A stretch of DNA of 64,000 bases, taken from IMG/VR virus record IMGVR_UViG_3300025168_000080, positions 615 through 64,614 of that record; one strand, written 5' to 3'. A program made the position numbers and the translations under genes. Below, piece by piece: positions 47,694 to 54,828 of the stretch. The stretch is from a virus. Taxonomy: Duplodnaviria > Caudoviricetes. The notes under the pieces were generated by a model. The model ran no database searches. It saw nothing but the letters and a program-made list of their open reading frames with translations, and was not told the origin of the DNA. Numbering within the stretch: the stretch's first letter is position 1; each line of letters starts with the position of its first letter.

Positions 47694-47809
47694 TTTTTTT
47701 TCTTTTTAGGGACACAGTTAGGAACTTTTTTTCCGTTTTTTGTTTTTAAACCGTATGCTATAAATCCTCTCCAGCAAGGGTTTTTCATTTTCTTCTTTTT
47801 CTTTGCCAT
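47690..47809 (-). CDS. Tiny basic protein (39 aa, not in ORF track)
   Basis: MAKKKKKMKNPCWRGFIAYGLKTKNGKKVPNCVPKKKKK; stop overlaps the next ATG (ATGA); own -7 box at 47814-47821. Confidence 0.75.
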   Translation of the reverse strand: MAKKKKKMKNPCWRGFIAYGLKTKNGKKVPNCVPKKKKK

Positions 47810-47813
47810 AATA

Positions 47814-47821
47814 CAAATTTA
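47814..47821 (-). promoter_or_regulatory. Bacteroidota -7 promoter box TAAATTTG
   Basis: Exact TAnnTTTG 4 nt before the ATG at 47809. Confidence 0.55.
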
Positions 47822-47847
47822 CAAAAATTAATTATTGAACTTTTAAG

Positions 47848-48309
47848 CTAAATAATCTTATATTTAGTTTTACCTTTTTCTTTATAAGCTTTTAAGCATT
47901 TATTTCTATTATCTTCCTTAGAAACATATGATACATGTATCCAATTAGGATTCATGTCCGTACCAAATTCCCAAATTAAATTATCAAAAGATAAATTTTC
48001 TTTAATCCAATGATACATATCGGCATTAGATTTGTTTCCGTAAACATCATCTAAGTCCATAGCTTGTCCTTTTAAATGTTGACTTGTAGAGCTACTACCA
48101 CCTAATGCTTCATTAAGAGAAACAGATCGAAACATACTTGTAATTTTAATAGGACCTCCAACAAATTCTCTTAATGGTTCGAAAATTTCTTGTGCTATTA
48201 ATTTCATATTTTCTACTTGAGTAGGATTTGGAGTATTATCAATTCCTTTTCTTTTTGCCGTATTTGAATGAATAGCTTCGGCATAAGTTATGTGTTTGCT
48301 TATTTTCAT
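47848..48309 (-). CDS. Endolysin, peptidase M15 family
   Basis: PIKITSMFRS...SQHLKGQAMD...WIHVSY (Zn ligands H, D, H). Confidence 0.9.
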   Translation of the reverse strand: MKISKHITYAEAIHSNTAKRKGIDNTPNPTQVENMKLIAQEIFEPLREFVGGPIKITSMFRSVSLNEALGGSSSTSQHLKGQAMDLDDVYGNKSNADMYHWIKENLSFDNLIWEFGTDMNPNWIHVSYVSKEDNRNKCLKAYKEKGKTKYKII

Positions 48310-48321
48310 AATATTTTATAT

Positions 48322-48346
48322 AAAAAAAGCAGTCGATTGACTGCTT
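48322..48346 (-). terminator. Rho-independent terminator between holin-like gene and endolysin
   Basis: Perfect 8-bp stem AAGCAGTC/GACTGCTT (48327-48346), 4-nt loop, U run on the minus strand. Confidence 0.75.
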
Positions 48347-48369
48347 ATAATAAATTTATTTATTTAAAA

Positions 48370-48537
48370 TTATTTGTCATTTTTTTTTTCATTATAGTTT
48401 ATCCATATTCTTTGAGCTGTATAAACTATAGAAGCTGTCAATAAAATTAACTTTAATATCATTTCTATTTCCGTAAAAGAAATTAATAGGCTTACCGTGT
48501 TAATGGCGTAAATCTTTAAGTCTTGCACAGTCATCAT
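48370..48537 (-). CDS. Small membrane protein, holin/antiholin candidate (55 aa, not in ORF track)
   Basis: MMTVQDLKIYAINTVSLLISFTEIEMILKLILLTASIVYTAQRIWINYNEKKNDK: hydrophobic core, charged tail, upstream of the endolysin. Confidence 0.65.
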   Translation of the reverse strand: MMTVQDLKIYAINTVSLLISFTEIEMILKLILLTASIVYTAQRIWINYNEKKNDK

Positions 48538-48603
48538 TTTTTTATAAGTGTATATGTAACATCTAAATCTATTAAAAAACTATTTGTTTGTGTCCATTCC
48601 ATA

Positions 48604-49398
48604 TTACCAAATTGCTATTAGTCTGTCAGCGGTTGTTCCTGAAGCCATTACCTGTACAACTTGTATAGGTAAATAAGTTCCAACTTGACAATTGAAAAAA
48701 GTTATTATGTCTCCTGAAATTGTTCTAACAGTTACATTATAGAACTGTGTAGCTACAGTAGTTGCCGCAGTTGAATCACCTATATAGATTAAACAACCTT
48801 GATTATTTGAAGTAGTTGCTACTCCACCATTTAATCCTCCATATGCAGGATAATTAGAACCACCTTCAGCTTGTGAATAAATTCTAAAGTTGTCATTATA
48901 TGTTGTATTGCTTCCAAATATATTTGCACTTAGTGTTAATTCATCTGAATTTACAACAGCAGTTACAGTTGCAATACTTAAATTATCAGTATTTAACACT
49001 ACATCTCCACTTTTTACTCCTTTTGTAAGAAAATTAATTTCATCATCTACAAGTGCATTTTGTCTAACTATTAAATAGTTTTCTGGAGTTGCTTGAAATA
49101 TATTACTGCCAAATGCTAATTGTGTTGCAGAGTCTACTGCTGTTACTGGAGCATTAGCTGGAGTTGTGGTATTATAAACCACATCACCAACAACCACTGG
49201 TAGTGGTGGAGTTGTTCCAGTCCATGAAGACAAAGAGTCAATAAGTTTATTAGTAGCTATTGCTGAATTAACTCCAGAGTCAACCTTGTTTCCTACTCCA
49301 GTCGCTGCTAAAAATCCAGGATTTGGAATTGGAATTGTGTCACTTGGCACTACTATAAGTGCTTGACCTGTGTTTACTGTAATTTTTGGGTATGCCAT
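48604..49398 (-). CDS. Structural protein (beta-rich)
   Basis: 264 aa; duplicated ..GDVV.NT....A.VTAV.....L module, with a similar module in 23570-24580; ends GTYLPIQVVQVMASGTTA..LIAIW. Confidence 0.65.
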   Translation of the reverse strand: MAYPKITVNTGQALIVVPSDTIPIPNPGFLAATGVGNKVDSGVNSAIATNKLIDSLSSWTGTTPPLPVVVGDVVYNTTTPANAPVTAVDSATQLAFGSNIFQATPENYLIVRQNALVDDEINFLTKGVKSGDVVLNTDNLSIATVTAVVNSDELTLSANIFGSNTTYNDNFRIYSQAEGGSNYPAYGGLNGGVATTSNNQGCLIYIGDSTAATTVATQFYNVTVRTISGDIITFFNCQVGTYLPIQVVQVMASGTTADRLIAIW

Positions 49399-49428
49399 TT
49401 ATTTTTTTTTGAGGGTTAAAAATCTCTT

Positions 49429-49584
49429 TTATTTATTATAAGGAAAAACACGGTTTAGGGTGTCTTTTCTGTCGTTACATCCACATCCTGTTCCTACTTT
49501 TTCTGCTATTTTAGTTACTACTGTTTTAATACCTGTAGCCTTGGTAAATTTTTCTATACTATCGCCCAATCCTCTTGATTTCAT
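49429..49584 (-). CDS. Tiny basic protein with CGC motif (51 aa, not in ORF track)
   Basis: MKSRGLGDSIEKFTKATGIKTVVTKIAEKVGTGCGCNDRKDTLNRVFPYNK. Confidence 0.75.
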   Translation of the reverse strand: MKSRGLGDSIEKFTKATGIKTVVTKIAEKVGTGCGCNDRKDTLNRVFPYNK

Positions 49585-49588
49585 TTAA

Positions 49589-49729
49589 TTATTTTTTACA
49601 AGAACATAGTTGATTAGGGCAACTTTCAACTTTAAAAATTAATTTTGCCATTATTGAATTATGAAAACAACAGTATTTACACCATTGTTTTGAAATCCAC
49701 AATCCTATTTTTACAAACAACTTGCCCAT
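49589..49729 (-). CDS. Tiny Cys-rich protein (46 aa, not in ORF track)
   Basis: MGKLFVKIGLWISKQWCKYCCFHNSIMAKLIFKVESCPNQLCSCKK; tightly packed with neighbours. Confidence 0.65.
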   Translation of the reverse strand: MGKLFVKIGLWISKQWCKYCCFHNSIMAKLIFKVESCPNQLCSCKK

Positions 49730-49734
49730 TTTAT

Positions 49735-49902
49735 TTATTTATTTATTGGTGGTGGTACTCTATCTATTTTTCTTGGTTTATGAGGTACGTATTGAATTGT
49801 ATTTCCTACTGTAACCTCTACCGTAGTTTTAGAATTGTTAACCACTGTTTCTTTTGTTGTTGCCTTTTTTTTAGGCGCAACTTTTTTTTTAGTTTTTGCC
49901 AT
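49735..49902 (-). CDS. Tiny basic protein (55 aa, not in ORF track)
   Basis: MAKTKKKVAPKKKATTKETVV...HKPRKIDRVPPPINK; histone-H1-like N-terminus. Confidence 0.65.
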   Translation of the reverse strand: MAKTKKKVAPKKKATTKETVVNNSKTTVEVTVGNTIQYVPHKPRKIDRVPPPINK

Positions 49903-49919
49903 TTGATTTTATTTGATTA

Positions 49920-50099
49920 CTATCTTTTACAACCGAAGTTGTTGGCATAGTTAGCCATTGATACTACCTTTTTAGTGTGCTTGTTTTTGTTTTTCATAAC
50001 TGAAGAAGCAGCACTACAAGCATCTTTAAATCCATTATCCTTAGCCCATTTTGTAAATGCACCTTGACGGGATTTTTTTATTTTAGGAAACGCTGCCAT
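49920..50099 (-). CDS. Tiny basic protein (59 aa, not in ORF track)
   Basis: MAAFPKIKKSRQGAFTKWAKDNGFKDACSAASSVMKNKNKHTKKVVSMANYANNFGCKR; TAATG-coupled to the upstream gene. Confidence 0.7.
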   Translation of the reverse strand: MAAFPKIKKSRQGAFTKWAKDNGFKDACSAASSVMKNKNKHTKKVVSMANYANNFGCKR

Positions 50100-50302
50100 T
50101 AAAATTTATGCGTTTTCCAACTTGACTTATGTCTGTACGACATGCTTGAGTCAGCTCCGTAAGAGTGACCATACATTTTTTTAGACATAGCTTTTGATTC
50201 ATCTCTTCTATCTTTTAAAGATTGAGACTTCTTTCCGTTTCTTGAACCCAATGACTCATCGAGTCTTGAATTATATCCTTGTGATTTCATTGGTTTTTTC
50301 AT
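50099..50302 (-). CDS. Small basic protein
   Basis: 67 aa Lys/Ser/Arg-rich; -7 box at 50310-50317. Confidence 0.7.
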   Translation of the reverse strand: MKKPMKSQGYNSRLDESLGSRNGKKSQSLKDRRDESKAMSKKMYGHSYGADSSMSYRHKSSWKTHKF

Positions 50303-50309
50303 AATACTA

Positions 50310-50317
50310 CAAATATA
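50310..50317 (-). promoter_or_regulatory. Bacteroidota -7 promoter box TATATTTG
   Basis: Exact TAnnTTTG 7 nt before the ATG at 50302. Confidence 0.55.
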
Positions 50318-50327
50318 AATAAATTAA

Positions 50328-50504
50328 TTAATTATTTTTAGAGCTATTGACAATATTACTATAACCAACAGCGTTTCTGTTACCAGTATTAAAGCTTCCA
50401 GCTTGTTTTGCTAATTTTTTTTGAGCTCGGCTTTTTTTTCTTGAAGCCTTATTTGCTTTTCGTTTAGCTTTTATTTCTTTTAATTTAATTTTAATGCTTT
50501 CCAT
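50328..50504 (-). CDS. Tiny basic protein (58 aa, not in ORF track)
   Basis: MESIKIKLKEIKAKRKANKASRKKSRAQKKLAKQAGSFNTGNRNAVGYSNIVNSSKNN; -7 box TATCTTTG at 50547-50554. Confidence 0.6.
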   Translation of the reverse strand: MESIKIKLKEIKAKRKANKASRKKSRAQKKLAKQAGSFNTGNRNAVGYSNIVNSSKNN

Positions 50505-50568
50505 TTTGGAGCTTTTATTTTTTTTAAATACCTTGTGGTATTAGTACAAAGATAATTAATTTAATTCA

Positions 50569-51042
50569 ATGAAATTTAAAGGTCTAAATATTCAAAAAGC
50601 AAGGAACCGTGTTATGCCAGATAACGATTACCTTAAGTACTGGAGGGTTATAAGATATTGGGTTAAAGCAACTTATGATGTTGGTACTCCAGATTTAGAA
50701 ATGCTTTTATTTTTATATAGCGAACAAATATTCAACAAATCTAAATTTGCAGAATTTAATGAACTTATGTCTTGGGATGAAAAAAGATTCAGAATGCTTT
50801 TACGAGACGGTTGGATTCATGTTTGGAGAAAACGTAATGGTAAAGAAGCTACCTTGTACGAATTAACTTACAAAGCTAAACGTATGATTAATAACGTTTA
50901 TAAAAAATTAAATGGTGAAGAGATACCTGAAGTTACTAATCCTTTGTTTAGACACGATGCGTCTTATATGGATAAAGTTTTTAAGAATTATATAAAGAAA
51001 TTAAATAAGACTATAAAACAACAACAACATCCCTCTCGGTAA
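50569..51042 (+). CDS. Winged-helix (MarR-like) DNA-binding protein, putative regulator
   Basis: DLEMLLFLY...FRMLLRDGWIHVWRK...TLYELTYKAK wHTH pattern; only credible + strand gene in the late arm. Confidence 0.65.
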   Translation: MKFKGLNIQKARNRVMPDNDYLKYWRVIRYWVKATYDVGTPDLEMLLFLYSEQIFNKSKFAEFNELMSWDEKRFRMLLRDGWIHVWRKRNGKEATLYELTYKAKRMINNVYKKLNGEEIPEVTNPLFRHDASYMDKVFKNYIKKLNKTIKQQQHPSR

Positions 51043-51268
51043 TTACTGTATAAGTTTCATTTTTAATAAACATAGTGTGCCCAGCTGATTTATCAAAAAA
51101 TATAATGTCATTTGTTTTAATACATTCAACTTGTGTTCCTGCTTCAACAACTTTAGCTTTATGATAACGGTAAGAATCTACGTCATCGGCAGATAAAATT
51201 AATCCTGAATCAGTTTTCTTTTCTTCGTTTATTTTTCTAATAATAATGTATTTACCTATTGGCTTCAT
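51011..51268 (-). CDS. groES: Co-chaperonin GroES
   Basis: MKPIGKYIII...KTDSGLIL...AKVVEAG...DIIFF...VITERDVV. Confidence 0.9.
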   Translation of the reverse strand: MKPIGKYIIIRKINEEKKTDSGLILSADDVDSYRYHKAKVVEAGTQVECIKTNDIIFFDKSAGHTMFIKNETYTVITERDVVVVL

Positions 51269-51273
51269 ATTAT

Positions 51274-51480
51274 TTATTGTTTACGAATTTTATTGTATCT
51301 AATATTTGGGAAAGGTTTTGTATTATCATCTATATTAAATTTAGTAATTACTTGACCTTCTAAATCAATAAGAGTATAACCTTGTCTTGCTAATAGAGTT
51401 ATAGCCTTATGTATTTTCTGTGCTTCTACTCTATAGTTTTCAAAAATTTCATTTTCAAAAGCGTGTGGTATATGTCCCAT
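51274..51480 (-). CDS. Hypothetical protein between groEL and groES
   Basis: 68-aa ORF with 3-5 nt gaps to both neighbours. Confidence 0.65.
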   Translation of the reverse strand: MGHIPHAFENEIFENYRVEAQKIHKAITLLARQGYTLIDLEGQVITKFNIDDNTKPFPNIRYNKIRKQ

Positions 51481-51483
51481 AAT

Positions 51484-53106
51484 TTAACTTGTTTTAATTC
51501 TTGCGTGTGTAACAATAGCGTTTGTGCTTAAAATTGTAGTAGCAACAGATACTGCATTAGTCAATGCATTTTTAGTAACCTTACAAGGATCGATAATTCC
51601 TAACTCATACATATCACCATACTTCTCATTTTTAACATCATATCCGAAGTGTGCGCTCTTGTCTTCTAATTCATCACAAATATTTCCAGCTTCAATCCCA
51701 GCGTTTTCTAATATCTGATAGAATGGTTCTTGTATAGCTTGAGCTAATATAATAGTAGCAACATCATCCTCATTATAAAAATCTGAAGGAATCTGTGATA
51801 ATTTATCTATCATATAGTCTCCAATATTATACAAAGCTAATCCTCCTCCTGGAATTGTACCACTTTCAAGTGCAGACTTGACTGCACATACCGAGTCATC
51901 GACTCGGTCAAATTTTTCATTCTGCTCTACATCTGAATCACCACCTACATAAATACATCCAATTGCACCACTAAGATTAGCAACACGTTCGTCTATAAAT
52001 TTACGTTCACTTAAGTTACTGGTGTTTTGTTGTTGTTCTTTAAGTTCAGATATTCGTTGTTGTATTTCTTCAGTTAGTTGGTTATGCTTTATAATTACAG
52101 ATGATTGTTTACCTACTATAATTTTATCAACGTGTCCAAGATCAGAAGTTTTTATTAAACTTAAATCATCACCAGTCTTTTCAGAATAGTAAGTTGCTCC
52201 AATAGACACGGCAATGTCTTGCATTAACTCGTGTTGTTTAAATCCAAAGTTTGGTGGAACTATATTACAAAACTTTAATCCATTACGAACAACGTTAGCT
52301 GCAAGTGTGTTGACAACATTTGTGGATAAATTACCTATGATTAAAAATTTCTGATTGTTTTGTATAATTGGTTTTAGAATATTTTCTATTTGCAATATAT
52401 TACTTACATCAGTATCACACACTAAAACTTTTACGTCTTCCAGGATACACTCATCTTTTCTTTGGTTATTAATAAATAACGTTGAGGTATACCCACGATC
52501 AATTCTAATTCCATTTGTAACTTCCGCATATGTTTCTGAAGTCATTGATTTTTCTACAGTAACAATTCCGTTAGGACCTACCTTGTTGTAAGCCTGTGCA
52601 ATTATAGAACCAATTTCTGAATCATTGTTTGCAGATATTGTTGCTACATCTAATAATCTTTTCTTACTTACTTTTTTAGAAAGTATATCTAATTTTTTAT
52701 TTACTTCTTTTGATTTAGATAGTATGTGTTTTACAACCTCAATGGTATTGCTTTTATGTTTCTCTATTAACTCAGTGCCTCTGTTTATTAAACACTCAGT
52801 TAAAACAATTGCAGTAGTTGTTCCATCACCAGCTGTGTTTGCAGTTCTATTAGCTGCGTCCTTCATCATTTGTATAGAAAGGTTCTCAATTGGATTATCT
52901 AAAAATACGCTCTTAGCTACAGTAACTCCATCTTTTGTAATAGTCATTCCTCCTACATGTTCTGGGGATTCTATTAAAACGGTTTTACCGCGTGGGCCTA
53001 ACGTACTCTTAACTGCTTTTGAAATTTTTGTGATTCCTGAAATAAGTTTATTTCGTGCTTCAGAATCAAATGATAAGTCTTTAGGTATGTAACCTTGTGT
53101 GCTCAT
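51484..53106 (-). CDS. groEL: Chaperonin GroEL
   Basis: AVKSTLGPRG, ITKDGVTVAK, AGDGTTTA, GGGLAL, GIIDPCKVT; 540 aa. Confidence 0.97.
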   Translation of the reverse strand: MSTQGYIPKDLSFDSEARNKLISGITKISKAVKSTLGPRGKTVLIESPEHVGGMTITKDGVTVAKSVFLDNPIENLSIQMMKDAANRTANTAGDGTTTAIVLTECLINRGTELIEKHKSNTIEVVKHILSKSKEVNKKLDILSKKVSKKRLLDVATISANNDSEIGSIIAQAYNKVGPNGIVTVEKSMTSETYAEVTNGIRIDRGYTSTLFINNQRKDECILEDVKVLVCDTDVSNILQIENILKPIIQNNQKFLIIGNLSTNVVNTLAANVVRNGLKFCNIVPPNFGFKQHELMQDIAVSIGATYYSEKTGDDLSLIKTSDLGHVDKIIVGKQSSVIIKHNQLTEEIQQRISELKEQQQNTSNLSERKFIDERVANLSGAIGCIYVGGDSDVEQNEKFDRVDDSVCAVKSALESGTIPGGGLALYNIGDYMIDKLSQIPSDFYNEDDVATIILAQAIQEPFYQILENAGIEAGNICDELEDKSAHFGYDVKNEKYGDMYELGIIDPCKVTKNALTNAVSVATTILSTNAIVTHARIKTS

Positions 53107-53136
53107 AAGAATTAAATTTAATTAAATTTGTTAGAA

Positions 53137-53144
53137 CAAATATA
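53137..53144 (-). promoter_or_regulatory. Bacteroidota -7 promoter box TATATTTG (groEL operon)
   Basis: Exact TAnnTTTG; the same TACTATATTTGT context recurs at 53635-53642 upstream of 53617. Confidence 0.65.
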
Positions 53145-53166
53145 GTATAATTTTATTAAAGTAAGT

Positions 53167-53308
53167 TATGTTGATTATGTTAAAGTTTTTACTTCTACTT
53201 ACTACTATAGTAATCTATTCTTTTTTTTATTTTTTTATTTCTACAATTTGATTCTTTTTTTAACATAACTAACATAATAAATATAAATAACTAATAATCA
53301 ATAAGTTA
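53167..53308. repeat. Origin-like element copy 1 (inverted repeats, AT-rich spacer, IHF-consensus site)
   Basis: TATGTTGATTATGTTA (53167-53182), CTATAGTAA (53205-53213), T tract, TAACATAACTAACATA (53261-53276), AATCAATAAGTTA (53296-53308). Confidence 0.7.
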
Positions 53309-53425
53309 AACTATGTTGATTTAATGTTATACTATGTCAATGTACTTTATATATGTTGGTTTAACAAAAAAGAGACTTTGTTTTACGAAAGCCTCCCTTT
53401 ATCAAAACAGAACAATTGGGAAATT

Positions 53426-53617
53426 TTAATATTCAAAAATATTTTTACTGCCATCCATACGCATCTTAGCTCTTTCAATACCATCTGCTATAGAGTCAAT
53501 CTTATATTGTTTTTTCATTTGCTTTTTATATAAAGCTGCTTCAGCTATACCCGAAAGTCCATCAGGACGATTGTTTATTAGCCTACCATTTTTTACTGTT
53601 AATCCAGAATAATCCAT
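53426..53617 (-). CDS. Hypothetical protein (first gene of the minus-strand arm)
   Basis: 63-aa ORF preceded by a TATATTTG box at 53635-53642. Confidence 0.7.
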   Translation of the reverse strand: MDYSGLTVKNGRLINNRPDGLSGIAEAALYKKQMKKQYKIDSIADGIERAKMRMDGSKNIFEY

Positions 53618-53649
53618 ATCTATTTTATTTATTACAAATATAGTAAAAA

Positions 53650-54060
53650 TTTTTTAGAACGTCAGACATACGGAACCTTAGTGTTATTATATGATATGCG
53701 CAACGTACCCCCCATTGGGAAAGTCAAATGTTTTTCTCTCGAAGGGACATTTCCTTTTTTTTTTCTGCAACTTTTTCAGAATTCTATGTGCCACTACCCT
53801 TGCCTCCACCTATACTTATGTGTACACTACATAGCCTACCATCATGACTATGATTAGATACAGATAACGGACGTATTGTAGCCTTCCCTTGTTCCACCTT
53901 CCCCTAAACAGAGAGAAGAGAGACAGAGAGCCTTCCCTTAGCACCCCAACGGACACTTAAACTAATAAACATTTGCACCCCAAAAGCTGCGAGTTGCGTT
54001 TAGTCTAAGTAACTGTATCCCAGGAACTTACAAATAGAATTAGAACAATAAAAGAAATCA
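53650..54060. other. Non-coding strand-switch region; candidate genome terminus/packaging region
   Basis: About 400 bp with no ORF, locally higher GC, short repeats CCTTCCC x3 and GCACCCCAA x2, between the divergent arms. Confidence 0.5.
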
Positions 54061-54073
54061 AATAGAAAGGACG

Positions 54074-54105
54074 TTTGTGTATGTAAAGAATTAGTATTAT
54101 ATTAG
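54074..54105 (+). promoter_or_regulatory. Early promoter (Bacteroidota -33/-7 type)
   Basis: TTTG (54074-54077), 20-nt spacer, TATATTAG (54098-54105; one mismatch to TAnnTTTG), upstream of the first early gene. Confidence 0.65.
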
Positions 54106-54134
54106 AGTATTATTAATATTTAAATAGAATTATT

Positions 54135-54506
54135 ATGAACACTAAAAACAGTACAATTATGAACAATTCAACAACAGAAGCAAAGCATGTTTCTACACCA
54201 TCGGACTACTCACAATGTAAGTCAGATGCAATTATTAAGTTTACTTATTTCGCTAACAACTTCCACCACAATTTCATTGAAGAGGTATGGGGAACACACG
54301 CTTTAGGACAACACTTAAGAGATAAGTGGGATACGCTTGGACATCAATTGATGGCATTCAAAACGGCATCACAACACATCAAGGATGGCAACTACTACGG
54401 ACATGCTTTGAGTGGAACTACGAACTTCTACAAGTTCTATATGATGCTTGATAGCTACAACAAAGAGTTGCTTAACAATTACATTTCAAACAATTATAAT
54501 CACTAA
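54135..54506 (+). CDS. Early hypothetical protein
   Basis: 123 aa; an alternative start is preceded by ACAATT. Confidence 0.7.
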   Translation: MNTKNSTIMNNSTTEAKHVSTPSDYSQCKSDAIIKFTYFANNFHHNFIEEVWGTHALGQHLRDKWDTLGHQLMAFKTASQHIKDGNYYGHALSGTTNFYKFYMMLDSYNKELLNNYISNNYNH

Positions 54507-54525
54507 TATTAAAACACACACAATT

Positions 54526-54759
54526 ATGAGTAAATTAATCGTAGTAAACGGTAGTGAAGATGGGATACAAGGAGTATTCACAAACAAGAAGTTAGCATTT
54601 GAATGTGCAAGGAGTTATGCAGAATCTGGAGCAGAGAATTGTCTAAAGGGTATGACATATGCAAAGTTTTGCAAAGAGATGACTGCAAATATGTATTGTC
54701 AAGTTGGTGAGGGCTATGGGGTTGCATATTGTACATCTTACTTTAAAAACGAGTGGTAA
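54526..54759 (+). CDS. Early hypothetical protein
   Basis: Likely start MSKLIVV after ACACACAATT; the ORF-track start at 54448 overlaps the upstream gene. Confidence 0.65.
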   Translation: MSKLIVVNGSEDGIQGVFTNKKLAFECARSYAESGAENCLKGMTYAKFCKEMTANMYCQVGEGYGVAYCTSYFKNEW

Positions 54760-54762
54760 GTT

Positions 54763-54811
54763 AGTTAACTGATGAGTCCATAAGGACGAAATGCCGAGAG
54801 GCATCTTAACT
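54763..54811 (+). ncRNA. Type I hammerhead ribozyme
   Basis: Stem I AGUUAA/UUAACU; core CUGAUGA (54769-75); stem II GUCC-AUAA-GGAC; GAAA; stem III UGCC-GAGA-GGCA; cleavage triplet AUC ending at 54805; intergenic. Confidence 0.95.
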
Positions 54812-54828
54812 TAAAAAAATACACAATT

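Noticed and set aside
3899-53092. Numerous + strand ORFs in the ORF track inside the minus-strand arm (e.g. 4942-5295, 7366-7815, 40270-40599, 49645-49950, 52625-53092)
   Set aside because: They are antisense shadows of long, motif-bearing minus-strand genes, with Phe/Leu/Ser-rich composition and no recognisable motifs; only 50569-51042 is retained.
53167-53360. CRISPR or mini-array from recurring TATGTT boxes
   Set aside because: Repeats are short, irregularly spaced and partly inverted, without repeat-spacer periodicity.
53324-53533. 69-aa + strand ORF
   Set aside because: Overlaps the repeat boxes and lies antisense to the better supported 53426-53617 gene; low-complexity translation.
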